This document shows positions 40,282 to 49,971 of a stretch of DNA of 64,000 nucleotides, piece by piece. The position numbers and the translations under genes are program-made. A model generated the notes under the pieces. The model did no database searches and was not told where the DNA came from. It saw nothing but the letters and a program-made list of their open reading frames with translations. How positions within the stretch are numbered: position 1 is the stretch's first letter; each line of letters begins with the position of its first letter. The DNA lies in assembly GCA_964348755.1 (NCBI GenBank), contig CAYGDW010000004.1, positions 18,766-82,765 on the forward strand. Direction: 5' to 3'. Origin of the DNA: an uncultured Bacteroidales bacterium. GTDB taxonomy: Bacteria; Bacteroidota; Bacteroidia; Bacteroidales; UBA7960.

Positions 40282-41421
40282 GTGAACCAGCAAGTAATAT
40301 ATTTTGACAATGCTGCCACCACACGGGTTTTGGCGGAGGTGGCTGAGTTGATGTTTCATTCGCATCTGAATAATTTTGGTAATCCATCTTCGCCCCATGA
40401 GGTTGGGCGTCATGCCCGGGCAGCGGTAGAGCAATCGCGCCGCTCCATTGCCAGCCTGCTCAATACGCAACCTGGCGAAATATTTTTTACCTCGGGAGGC
40501 ACCGAAGCCAACAACGCCATTTTATTGGGTTGCATCAAATACCATGGACGAAAACATATTATTACGAGCCGTTTGGAGCACCCATCCGTGCTGCAAACCA
40601 TACTTTACCTCCAGAAAAAATCGGATTGTACATGTCATTTTGTAAAAACCGATGCAAAAGGGGTTGTTGATCTGGGCCACCTTGAGCAATTGCTTGCAGC
40701 CAACCCTGGTGCTATGGTTTCGCTAATGCATGCAAACAATGAACTTGGAAACCTTCTTCCTTTAAAAGTAGTGGGTGGGCTGTGCCAGCAGTATAAGGCT
40801 TTTTTTCATAGCGATACAGTGCAAACCATTGGCAAGGTTTTGCTCGACCTGAAAGAAATACCCCTTGATTTTGCGGCTTTGAGTGCCCATAAATTTCATG
40901 GCCCCAAGGGAGTAGGGGCAATGTTTATTAGGGCAGGAAAGGTTTTTTTGCCATTTATGCAAGGAGGGGCCCAGGAGCGCAATATGCGGCCTGGCACTGA
41001 AAATGTGCAAGGAATAATGGGTATGGCTAAGGCCTTAGAATTAGTGCATTGGGATATGGATGCTGTTACCCTGAATATTACGGCCATAAAAAATTTTCTA
41101 ATAAAAGCTCTTTCAGAATCGATACCGGGTATTGTCTTTAATGGCGATATATTTGGTGATGCCTTGCCTACAATTTTAAATATTTCGCTTCCCTTGGGCA
41201 TTGATGCTGGCTTGCTGCTACCGAGGCTCGATCTGGAGGGTATCTGCGTTTCAACCGGAAGCGCCTGCTCATCGGGCAGCAGCAAACAATCGCAAGTTTT
41301 GGCTGCACTGGGTGCCGACCCGAAAATACCAAACCTGCGCATTTCCATAAGCCGGTTCAATACTCCTGAGGAGGCAAAACTACTGATTAAGGCTTTGACA
41401 AAGATTTGCAACAGTCCGTGA
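40282..41421 (+). CDS. cysteine desulfurase (NifS/IscS class V aminotransferase)
   Basis: The track ORF starts at 40234. An in-frame GTG at 40282 gives MNQQVIYFDNAATT, the usual N-terminus. Also present are GNPSSPHEVG, SAHKFHGPKG (PLP lysine) and STGSACSSG (active-site Cys). The gene ends in TGA. Confidence 0.85.
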   Translation: MNQQVIYFDNAATTRVLAEVAELMFHSHLNNFGNPSSPHEVGRHARAAVEQSRRSIASLLNTQPGEIFFTSGGTEANNAILLGCIKYHGRKHIITSRLEHPSVLQTILYLQKKSDCTCHFVKTDAKGVVDLGHLEQLLAANPGAMVSLMHANNELGNLLPLKVVGGLCQQYKAFFHSDTVQTIGKVLLDLKEIPLDFAALSAHKFHGPKGVGAMFIRAGKVFLPFMQGGAQERNMRPGTENVQGIMGMAKALELVHWDMDAVTLNITAIKNFLIKALSESIPGIVFNGDIFGDALPTILNISLPLGIDAGLLLPRLDLEGICVSTGSACSSGSSKQSQVLAALGADPKIPNLRISISRFNTPEEAKLLIKALTKICNSP

Positions 41422-41742
41422 ATTGAAATTTTTCACGGATTTAAGAAGACTCAGGCTGGTATTAGAAATGTTTCAGGTCGTTTTGGCCAAAATTTAAATA
41501 ACTGAAATACTTAAAATGTTTATTTTTGGAAGGGCTAATTCCTGAAACTTTAAATTGTTCTTTTAACAGCCAAAAATTAATTTGTTCTGGTGCAAAGTTT
41601 ATAATTAAGCACGACAATTGCATAGCCCTAAAGTTGTCGCACTTAACTTCAATATGACTTCTTTTAAGAAATGTTTTTGTTTTTGGCCAAAGCGGGCCTT
41701 CCCAACCAATTATTGTGTCGGACTGAATAATACCATATTGCC

Positions 41743-42009
41743 ATGCCTAAAGTAAATCTGTTAAAATCGTTTGAGAATAAGGCCATAAAAAGGCCAAAGC
41801 CTAAATCGAAGCGCAAAAGGGTAAAGTACCGTAAGATGGCATTTAAACTCACTGAGGTGCAATACCGGGCATTGCTGATTTATTGCCATAGGCAAAAAAC
41901 CACGCCTGTAAGGTACCTTAAATTCCTTGTAAACCAGCAGGTTGAAAGATACAAGACAGAGCTGCCGTCCGCATCAGTTGTTTCGGAAAATCAGTTGAAG
42001 CTTTTTTAG
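41743..42009 (+). CDS. small basic hypothetical protein (possible ribbon-helix-helix DNA binder)
   Basis: 88-aa ORF in an otherwise non-coding, AT-rich gap. A Lys/Arg-rich N-terminus (KRPKPKSKRKRVKYRK) precedes a strand-helix-helix-like segment FKLTEVQYRALLIYCHRQKTTPVRYLKFLV. Coding status is uncertain. Confidence 0.35.
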   Translation: MPKVNLLKSFENKAIKRPKPKSKRKRVKYRKMAFKLTEVQYRALLIYCHRQKTTPVRYLKFLVNQQVERYKTELPSASVVSENQLKLF

Positions 42010-42013
42010 GGGT

Positions 42014-44440
42014 TTATTTGAAATCCACTATTGTTGCGCCTGCTCCACCCCGGTCGGGGTGTTCGTCTCGGTACCCACTTACCTCTGGTATTCCCTGAAG
42101 CATAACGCGGGTAGCTTCGCGCAAAATACCATCGCCCTTTCCGTGCAGTATCTTTATCTGTTTTGCGCCAAGCAGCAAAGCATCGTCAATATAGCGTCGT
42201 AGTTTTTCAAGTGCATCAACCACCCTTTCTCCTTTTAAATCAATCTGTGGGTTAAATTCTGCTGCCTTTTCATTTATGTCAAAAGCCAGTTTTATCCTTA
42301 CTTTCCTGTCTTCTGCCGGAGGAAGGCTGCTTTTTTTTATCTTTTCCAGGGCAGTAATTTTGGTTTTAAATTTTATGCTGCCAAAGCTAATTATGACATT
42401 TCCCCCCGACACTTCAATCACTTCGCCAATGGTTTGCTGATCTTTTACACGCACAGCGTCTCCAACTTTAAAGGGTGTGTTATCGCGTTCGGCAACAGGT
42501 ACTGGCTTTTTTTCGGACGGAGTTAAGGGTTTTGGTTTTAAAAATTTTTCTTCCTGGGAGGCAATAAATTGATCCATTTCTTGCCTGGCCTGCCTGGTTT
42601 CTTCTTTGCCTGCCTGGGCTTCCTTTATTTTTCTTATGGTGTTCTCTATCATTCGGTTGGTTTCGGCCAGCAACTTTTTTGCTTCAAGGCGAGTTTGGGC
42701 CATTATTTCAGACTTGCGGGCCTCGAGGTCGCCGCTAAGTTTTTCGTAGCGGTCAATCATTTCCGAAAGAAATTGATCGGCCGAGCGAAGTTGTTTTTCT
42801 TTGTCTTCCAATTCGGCCTTCCTGAGGTCAAGATCGTGCAGTTGCCTGTCGAAGTCGAGTTCCTGCATCCCCGCATAAACTCCGGCTTGCTGAAGTATAT
42901 TTTCGGACAACCCTATGCTTCGGGCAATTTCGAATGCAAAACTGCTGCCCGGGTTTCCGGTTTTAAGCCTAAAAAGGGGCCTCATGCTTCGCGTATCGAA
43001 AAGCATTGACCCATTAGCAATTCCCTTGTGGTTAGCTGCCATTAGTTTCAGGTTGGCGTAGTGGGTGGTTATTACTCCAAAGGCACCTTTCTGGTTCAAC
43101 TTTTCAAGTATGGCCTCGGCAATGGCGCCACCAAGGCGTGGCTCGGTTCCGGCACCAAATTCATCAATCAAAAACAAGGTTTTTTCATTGCAACGCTCCA
43201 TGAAATATTTCATATTATGTAGGTGCGAGCTGTAGGTGCTCAGGTCGTTTTCGAGCGATTGCTGGTCGCCAATGTCAATAAAAATCTGTTCGAAAATGCC
43301 AGCCTCCGAATAATCGGCCATTGGAACAAGCATGCCGCATTGTAGCATGTATTGAAGCAGGCCGCAGGTTTTCAGGCAAACCGACTTGCCACCAGCATTG
43401 GGGCCCGAAATGACCAGAATGCGATTTTCATGGGTGAGGATTATGTCAAGGGGCTCAACGTGTTTGTTTTGCGTTTTGTGCGAAAGGTACAGCAAGGGGT
43501 GTATTGCTTTGATCCATTGCATACCCGGGTTTGCGTTGATGCGGGGTTTTTGTGCTTGCATTTCAATAGCCAGCAAAGCTTTTGCCCGAATAGAATCTAC
43601 AATTGCGAGCATTCGATAGCAATGGTTAAGTTGCGGCAAAAGAGGCCTGAGACGGTCGGTAAAAGCTTTGAGTATGCGAATGATCTCCCGGCGCTCGGCC
43701 ATTTCGAGTTCACGAATCTCATTGTTTATTTCAAATACCTCTTCTGGCTCTATATAAACTGTTTGCCCTGAGGCCGACTGGTCGTGTACTATGCCCCTTA
43801 TTTTGCGTTTGTGGCCAGCCGCAATAGGTATTACTTGTCGTCCATTTCGTAGGGCCAGTTCCACATCGCCCGCCACCAGCCCCTGGCTTTTGGCATATTG
43901 CAGCAACTGGGCTATTTTGCGGTTGGCGTCAATTTCGAGTTTGTGGCATCGCTCACGTATTTCGAGCAGGGCCATTGATGCACTGTTGCGAACCTGGGCT
44001 CTATCATCAATTATATGTGCAATGTAGGCTGGTAGTTTAGCCTCGGTTTCAAGCTGGGAGATAAGAACCGCCAGCGCCTTAAATTTAAGGCTTTCTTTGC
44101 CATCGTGCTGGCAAAGAAAAGAAACTATGCCCAGAATGGTTTCATAAGAGTTTTTCAGGTCAAGCATTTCCTCGGCTTCCAGAAAAGTGTCGAGGGGTTT
44201 TATGCGCCTGAAAGTCTCGGTAGGGTCAAAATAATTTGATTGGGGAAAGGGGAGGCCCTGAAGCAATATTTGCCTGAACTCCTCAGTTTGGTCCAGAAAC
44301 TGTTCAATTTTTTCCTTGCCCTTGAGCATACCCATGCTCCCAATTTGGCCCTGGCCCAAAGTGCTGATGCACCGATTATGCAACATTGCCCTGATGCGGT
44401 CAAAGCCAATTTTAATTTCAAAGTCTGCAGGGTAAATCAA
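42014..44440 (-). CDS. mutS2: endonuclease MutS2 (MutS domain plus C-terminal Smr)
   Basis: 808 aa. Walker A is GPNAGGKSVCLKT, with DEFGAGTEP and a C-terminal Smr domain (LHGKGDGILREA...). Confidence 0.9.
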   Translation of the reverse strand: MIYPADFEIKIGFDRIRAMLHNRCISTLGQGQIGSMGMLKGKEKIEQFLDQTEEFRQILLQGLPFPQSNYFDPTETFRRIKPLDTFLEAEEMLDLKNSYETILGIVSFLCQHDGKESLKFKALAVLISQLETEAKLPAYIAHIIDDRAQVRNSASMALLEIRERCHKLEIDANRKIAQLLQYAKSQGLVAGDVELALRNGRQVIPIAAGHKRKIRGIVHDQSASGQTVYIEPEEVFEINNEIRELEMAERREIIRILKAFTDRLRPLLPQLNHCYRMLAIVDSIRAKALLAIEMQAQKPRINANPGMQWIKAIHPLLYLSHKTQNKHVEPLDIILTHENRILVISGPNAGGKSVCLKTCGLLQYMLQCGMLVPMADYSEAGIFEQIFIDIGDQQSLENDLSTYSSHLHNMKYFMERCNEKTLFLIDEFGAGTEPRLGGAIAEAILEKLNQKGAFGVITTHYANLKLMAANHKGIANGSMLFDTRSMRPLFRLKTGNPGSSFAFEIARSIGLSENILQQAGVYAGMQELDFDRQLHDLDLRKAELEDKEKQLRSADQFLSEMIDRYEKLSGDLEARKSEIMAQTRLEAKKLLAETNRMIENTIRKIKEAQAGKEETRQARQEMDQFIASQEEKFLKPKPLTPSEKKPVPVAERDNTPFKVGDAVRVKDQQTIGEVIEVSGGNVIISFGSIKFKTKITALEKIKKSSLPPAEDRKVRIKLAFDINEKAAEFNPQIDLKGERVVDALEKLRRYIDDALLLGAKQIKILHGKGDGILREATRVMLQGIPEVSGYRDEHPDRGGAGATIVDFK

Positions 44441-44490
44441 ATTCGTTTTTTTGCAAATGTAATAAGGTTAAAAATATACAGGGTTGATAA

Positions 44491-44524
44491 AAAGAAAAAA
44501 GCCAATGCTGGTAAGCAAAGGCTT
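44491..44524 (-). terminator. rho-independent terminator after the tRNA
   Basis: The minus strand reads AAGCC-tt-TGCT-tacc-AGCA-tt-GGCTT followed by TTTTTTCTTT. It begins 8 nt after the tRNA 3' end and separates the tRNA from mutS2. Confidence 0.55.
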
Positions 44525-44531
44525 TTTGAAG

Positions 44532-44605
44532 TAGCGGGGACGAGAGTTGAACTCGTGACCTTCGGGTTATGAATCCGACGCTCTAACCACCTGAGCTACC
44601 CCGCC
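44532..44605 (-). tRNA. tRNA with CAU anticodon (elongator Met, or Ile2 if lysidine-modified)
   Basis: I folded the cloverleaf by hand: acceptor GGCGGGG/CCCCGCU (G1.U72), D arm GCUC-AGGUGGUUA-GAGC, anticodon arm UCGGA-UUCAUAA-CCCGA (31-39 is A.C), variable loop AGGUC, T arm ACGAG-UUCAACU-CUCGU, discriminator A. CCA is not encoded. Confidence 0.85.
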
Positions 44606-44698
44606 GTTTTGAGTGTGCAAAATTAACAAACTATTTTTATAAACAAGAACCCTATGTATTTTTTTCAGGAGAAAACCCTTCTATAGCCTCATTTCAAA

Positions 44699-45598
44699 TT
44701 ATTTAAAAAATTTCAGCTTTTTGCCAATCCTCGTAAATTGAGTAAGGAAAAGCCCTGAAAGCACCACTGCCATTCCTATTAGTTTGCCCTGGTCAATGGC
44801 CTCTTTGAGCAAAAGGAATGATGTTATGGCGGTGATTACCGGTATAAGATTGGTAAAAATGGAGGTTCGTGCAATGCCAATTACCCTTACGCCTGTTGTG
44901 TAAAACATAAAGGCCAGTGTTGATGCAAAAATTGCCAGGGCAAGCAATGATCCTAATGCCTGGGCCGAGGGCCTGATAATAAGAAACTGACCGAAATCGA
45001 ACATTACAAACAAGGGCATAAACAACAAGGCACCCACGAGGTTTTGCACCGAAATAATTGTAAAAGAAGTATATTTTGCTGTGAGCTTTTTTAGAAATAT
45101 AATATTAATGAGTGCCGATAGCACCGCAAAGAAAAGCAGGCCAAGGCCCAGAGGCGATGCGGTAAGTTTCATGTCGGCATCGAGTACCATAATCAATACC
45201 CCGGCAAACGAAATTGCAAAACCGGCAATATTTATCATAGACAAACGCTCCTTGAATGCAATTAGCCCCAACAGAGGCGTAAAAACGGGTATGGTAGCAA
45301 TGATGACCGCCGCCACCGTTGCCGAAACATGCAATAGTCCGAAACTTTCGCCAAGAAAATAGCAAAATGGAGAAAGAAACGAAAGAATGAAAAATGAAGG
45401 ATAATCCTGCCTGTCAATTTGCTGCCGGCTTTGTCTGAAAAGGATGTATATTAAGGCTGTTGAAATACTTAGCCGTAAAAACATGGTAGTAATTGGCGAG
45501 TAATACTCCAAAACCACTTTCATCCAAACGTATGAAATGCCCCAAAATGTAGCCGCCAGTATAATCTGAAGGTAAACAAGATGTTTATTGTTGCTCAA
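44699..45598 (-). CDS. DMT-superfamily (EamA-like) transporter
   Basis: 299 aa with about 10 hydrophobic segments arranged as two repeated EamA-like halves. Confidence 0.7.
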   Translation of the reverse strand: MSNNKHLVYLQIILAATFWGISYVWMKVVLEYYSPITTMFLRLSISTALIYILFRQSRQQIDRQDYPSFFILSFLSPFCYFLGESFGLLHVSATVAAVIIATIPVFTPLLGLIAFKERLSMINIAGFAISFAGVLIMVLDADMKLTASPLGLGLLFFAVLSALINIIFLKKLTAKYTSFTIISVQNLVGALLFMPLFVMFDFGQFLIIRPSAQALGSLLALAIFASTLAFMFYTTGVRVIGIARTSIFTNLIPVITAITSFLLLKEAIDQGKLIGMAVVLSGLFLTQFTRIGKKLKFFK

Positions 45599-45772
45599 CC
45601 GGTTTTTTTTTGAGCCGCAAAAATAGTGAAATTAACTGTGTTTTACCAAGTAAAACACCGGAATACTATCCGTACCATTTCGCATGAATTGTTTATAAAA
45701 ACTTATTAATTGAAACATGCATTGCATTTATTTTTTGTATATTGCGGAGTATGGTTCCAACTCCTAGCAGCC

Positions 45773-46156
45773 ATGAGTGCTTTAGAAAAGTTTACCCTTG
45801 AATTTCATATCGAAACAACCCCCAAGCTATTATACACTCTTATAGGTACACCCGACGGATTAACCCGCTGGTTTGCTCGCACTACTTTTAGGGCACCCGA
45901 TATATTTCTTTTTCATTGGGAAGGCAAAGAACAACCTGCCCGGCTTTTTCAGAGCAAGGAAAATGAATATGTAATTTTTCAATGGCTTGAAGATTATCAT
46001 AAGGATTATTTTCTTGAAATGCGCATAGAGAGAGGGGTAAACACCAGTGGAGTTACCCTGTTTATCTCTGATTATTCCGACGCGGTGGATGTTGATGTTT
46101 CAAAACGACTCTGGCAATTGCAGGTGGGCCACCTACAGAGGCTTTTTAATGCATAG
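45773..46156 (+). CDS. SRPBCC/START-like (AHSA1-type) domain protein
   Basis: The in-frame ATG at 45773 gives MSALEKFTLEFHIETTPKLLYTLIGTPDGLTRWFA, the usual opening of START-like/AHSA1 domains. The upstream part of the track ORF looks non-coding. Confidence 0.55.
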   Translation: MSALEKFTLEFHIETTPKLLYTLIGTPDGLTRWFARTTFRAPDIFLFHWEGKEQPARLFQSKENEYVIFQWLEDYHKDYFLEMRIERGVNTSGVTLFISDYSDAVDVDVSKRLWQLQVGHLQRLFNA

Positions 46157-46564
46157 CCTGGCAGTTTAAAATCAAACCCAAGGCTCAAAAGGCCGCAGCG
46201 TTTTTTTTCAAATGCCATAAAACTAGTGTTATTAAATGCCCGAACCATACTTACTATGGGCAGTTTCTGGAAAGTCTGAGTTTTTTTCAGCTCTTTAAAA
46301 TTTTATGAGTCTTTTGTTAAGCTGACGCAAATTTTCCAAAATATAAAATCATTACCTTTGATAAATGCCTCCGGGTTTCTGCCTAGGTAAACCGCCGGAA
46401 AAAGATTTGCTTTCGTTTATTTTTTCAACAATTGCCGTTTATAGTTTGTTAATATTTTGGCTTAACCTGCTATAAAGGAATAATTTTTGCAGTTCTTTTA
46501 TTGTTTTTAATTTTTTGGGGTTTAAATTCGGGTATTGAACGTATTGTCAACAATTTCCTCAATT

Positions 46565-49500
46565 ATGCAAAAGAAAAATTTGGTTCTGATTGCTATTCAC
46601 ACATTTGTTTGTGCACTGGTTTTTTTACTCACAATTTCTGAAATCCAGGCACAGTATTTTGGTCGCAACAAGCCTGCCTACCGTCGGTTCGATTTTAGGG
46701 TTTTCCAGTCACCCCATTTCGAAATTTACCATTATTTAGAAAACGACTCGGTGGTTCACGCCCTGGCAAATTCGTTCGAAAAGTGGTATCAAAGGCAAAT
46801 GCCATTATTTAAGGATACGTTCGACACTCGCAGCCCTATTATAATTTATGCCAACCATCCCGATTTTCAGCAAACACGAGCCATTAGCGGCACCATTAGC
46901 ATTGGAACGCAGGGAGTTACAGAAGCCCTGAAAAACAGGATTGTTATTCCGGTGCTTGAGACCAATGCCCAAACCGACCATGTGATTGGTCACGAGTTGG
47001 TTCACGTTTTTCACTTCAGGGCCCTGTTTATTGACGACAGTCTTTCGCTAAATTCGCTCAGAAACCTTCCATTGTGGCTTGTTGAGGGGATGGCCGAATA
47101 TTTTTCGATTGGAAGTGTTGATGCCAATACGGCCATGATCATGCGCGATGCCATTCATCAAGACGACTTCCCCACGCTGAATGATATGACACGTGATTTC
47201 AGTTACAACCCCTATAGGTTTGGGCACAGTTTTATGGCATTTTTTGGACGCACCTGGGGCGATTCATTAATTGTGCCACTCTATCGCGAAACGGCCAAGT
47301 TTGGCTATGAACGTGCCCTCGAAAGGGTTATCGGGCTGAGCGAAGGTACTGTGTCAACCTTATGGAAGAGCTCCCTGGCCAACTATTACCAGGCGCTTAG
47401 GGCCGACAGCGCCCGGCACTTGCCAATTGGGCGCAGTCTTATTTCGGACAAAAATGCCGGTGAAATGAACATTTCTCCCTCTCTGAGTCCCGATGGAAAA
47501 TTTATTACTTTTTTTTCGGAGCGCGACCTTGTGAGCCTCGACCTTTTTCTGGCAAATGCGCAAACGGGTCGGATTATCAGAAAACTTTCAAGTTCTATGC
47601 GCAACCAGGATATTGATGGGTTTAACTTTTTTGAATCGGTTGGCACCTGGTCGCCTCAGGGCGATCGTTTTGTATATGTGGCCGTTAAACGTGGCCGCAA
47701 CCAACTTATGATGGTCGATGTTAACCGGCCCCAGCGCACACACGAAATTGTAATTCCGGGTGTTCCTGCCATTAACAATCCCAGCTGGTCGCCCGATGGT
47801 AAGTATATAGTATTTAATGGTATTGTAGATGGAGTTACCAACCTTTTTATATACGACCTCGAAACCCGAAAGGTTGCAAACCTTACCAACGACCGTTATT
47901 CATATATTCACCCAAGCTGGTCGGCCGATGGCCGCTACCTGACCTTTGCTACCGACAGGCCTCAGACAACCCAGAAAAATAAAGGGGTTAATTTCAGATT
48001 TAATTTGGGAATGATTGATATGCAAGACCCAACCCGGACCATAAAAGTATTCGATATTTTTCCGGAAGCCGATAACGTTAACCCGATTTTTAATCCGGAG
48101 CAAACCGGCCTTTATTTTCTGTCGAACCGCGATGGGTACCGGAATTTGTATTTATTAAACCTTGAAGATGAAACGGTTTTTCAACTTACCGACTTTTATA
48201 CCGGTATAAGCGGCATTACTCAGCTCTCGCCAGCCATAAGTGTGGCACGCCAAACCGGCGAAGTGGTTTACAGTCATTTTCAGGATTCAAAGTTTACAAT
48301 TTTCAAGGCCAGCCCCAACGATTTTCTGCGCAGGCAGGTCGATGCGTTGCATACTGACTTTACTGCAGCAATCCTTCCTCCATTTGAGCGGGCAAACCTA
48401 CCAGTAATCGATGCCAAGCTGAGCATCGAACCTCAGGCACCAGTGTTTCCGGTAGATTCCTTTTCCGAACGACCCTTTGAGTCGCGGTTCAGCCTGGCAT
48501 ATATCGGGAGTTCCGGTGTAGGTATGGCAACCAACCGCTTTGGCACAGGAGTAGCTGGCGGTGTTTCAATGCTTTTTAGCGACATTACGGGCGATAACCA
48601 ATTGTTTGCCGCACTTGCCGTAAATGGCGAAATATATGACTTTGGTGGACAGGTGGGTTATATGAACCAAAAGGGCAGGATTCGATTTGGAGGTATGGTA
48701 TCGCACATACCCTATCCTTTTGCTTTTCTTAATTACAGGCTCGACACTTTGTCCACAAGCACCGGCCCCGTTACGGTCGAGAATCTCCAAATTATTCAAT
48801 ACCGCACTTTTGAAGACCAGATAACCGGCTTTGCCTTTTACCCGATTAGTACAACCAGGCGTATTGAGGCAACTGCCAGTGTGGCATGGTATTATTTTAG
48901 AATTGATGCCTATAACAATTATTATTACCAGGGTTTTAAAGTAGGGCAGGACCGCGAGCGCCTCGATGCCCCGCCCGGATTTAACCTGCAAAGGGTAAGC
49001 CTTAGTTATGTTGGCGACAATTCTTTTTTTGGTATTGCTTCGCCCATTAGGGGGCAGCGTTACCGCTTCGGCGCCGAGCAGATATTTGGCTCTGTAAACA
49101 TGACCAGCATTACCGCCGACTACAGGCGTTACTTTCACCTCAGGCCTTTTACCCTTGCTTTCAGGGGCACTCATTATGGGCGTTATGGTAGTCAGGCCGA
49201 AAACCAAAACCTGTTTTATCCGCTCTACCTCGGATATCCGGGCTTCGTAAGGGGTCTCGACTATAACTCCCTTTACAAATTGCAGGGTTCGAATTTGCTG
49301 GTTGACAACCAAATATTTGACTACCTGTTGGGAAGCAAAGTAATACTGGCTGGAGCCGAAATCCGTTTCCCATTTACAGGGCCTGAGCGACTTGCCCTTA
49401 TCAAAAGCGGCTTTTTTTTCACTGAATTAACCCTGTTTTTCGATGCCGGCGTGGCCTGGAGCAGAGGCCAATCTCTTACCCTCAACCCGGATTTTGTCAG

Positions 49501-49657
49501 GTCGCCCGATAAAAGGTATCCATTCTTTTCAATTGGACCTTCGCTGCGCATTAATGTGTTTGGCGCCCTAATACTCGAACCATTCTTTGCATTTCCATTT
49601 CAATCCGGTTTTCCAAGCCGTGGCGTATGGGGATTGAACTTTTTGCCGGGTTGGTAA
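46565..49657 (+). CDS. large outer-membrane protein: N-terminal zincin-like HExxH region, TolB/PD40-like beta-propeller repeats, C-terminal Omp85-like beta-barrel
   Basis: The ATG at 46565 gives the signal peptide MQKKNLVLIAIHTFVCALVFLLTISEIQAQ. HExxH occurs in VIGHELVHVF. Repeated motifs (SPSLSPDGKFITF, NPSWSPDGKYIVF, HPSWSADGRYLTF) fit a PD40 propeller. The C-terminus has TLFFDAGVAW and an aromatic terminal residue (..LPGW), like Omp85/BamA barrels. Confidence 0.6.
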   Translation: MQKKNLVLIAIHTFVCALVFLLTISEIQAQYFGRNKPAYRRFDFRVFQSPHFEIYHYLENDSVVHALANSFEKWYQRQMPLFKDTFDTRSPIIIYANHPDFQQTRAISGTISIGTQGVTEALKNRIVIPVLETNAQTDHVIGHELVHVFHFRALFIDDSLSLNSLRNLPLWLVEGMAEYFSIGSVDANTAMIMRDAIHQDDFPTLNDMTRDFSYNPYRFGHSFMAFFGRTWGDSLIVPLYRETAKFGYERALERVIGLSEGTVSTLWKSSLANYYQALRADSARHLPIGRSLISDKNAGEMNISPSLSPDGKFITFFSERDLVSLDLFLANAQTGRIIRKLSSSMRNQDIDGFNFFESVGTWSPQGDRFVYVAVKRGRNQLMMVDVNRPQRTHEIVIPGVPAINNPSWSPDGKYIVFNGIVDGVTNLFIYDLETRKVANLTNDRYSYIHPSWSADGRYLTFATDRPQTTQKNKGVNFRFNLGMIDMQDPTRTIKVFDIFPEADNVNPIFNPEQTGLYFLSNRDGYRNLYLLNLEDETVFQLTDFYTGISGITQLSPAISVARQTGEVVYSHFQDSKFTIFKASPNDFLRRQVDALHTDFTAAILPPFERANLPVIDAKLSIEPQAPVFPVDSFSERPFESRFSLAYIGSSGVGMATNRFGTGVAGGVSMLFSDITGDNQLFAALAVNGEIYDFGGQVGYMNQKGRIRFGGMVSHIPYPFAFLNYRLDTLSTSTGPVTVENLQIIQYRTFEDQITGFAFYPISTTRRIEATASVAWYYFRIDAYNNYYYQGFKVGQDRERLDAPPGFNLQRVSLSYVGDNSFFGIASPIRGQRYRFGAEQIFGSVNMTSITADYRRYFHLRPFTLAFRGTHYGRYGSQAENQNLFYPLYLGYPGFVRGLDYNSLYKLQGSNLLVDNQIFDYLLGSKVILAGAEIRFPFTGPERLALIKSGFFFTELTLFFDAGVAWSRGQSLTLNPDFVRSPDKRYPFFSIGPSLRINVFGALILEPFFAFPFQSGFPSRGVWGLNFLPGW

Positions 49658-49764
49658 AATTGCATTATTTAAAGTTTAAACTTAACCAACCTTTTTAGTA
49701 TAAGGCAATAAATGAAATCCTGCAGTCCAATTCAATCCTTAAACTAAGAAGATAGGTTTAATAA

Positions 49765-49971
49765 CACTATTGTCCGAAACAGTAAAATAGGATAGGATTT
49801 TATGCATGAGATTGCTTAATACGTTTGGAATGACAGTTAGTTAGCTTTTTATTAAGGGTGGGAAGGTGGCAGCGAAGCCGCCACCTTCCCCTCTCTATTG
49901 CCAAAACCAATAAAAGCCCTGTCATTTAGAGCGGAGGGAGAAGTCTGGTAATTTTTATCGGCCAGTAGAGA
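49765..49971 (+). mobile_element. MITE-like palindromic repeat element, copy 3 (207 bp)
   Basis: It is collinear with copy 1 along its full length, with a hairpin at 49860-49890. The identical 8-mer TTTAATAA flanks it at 49757-49764 and 49972-49979. Confidence 0.8.
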
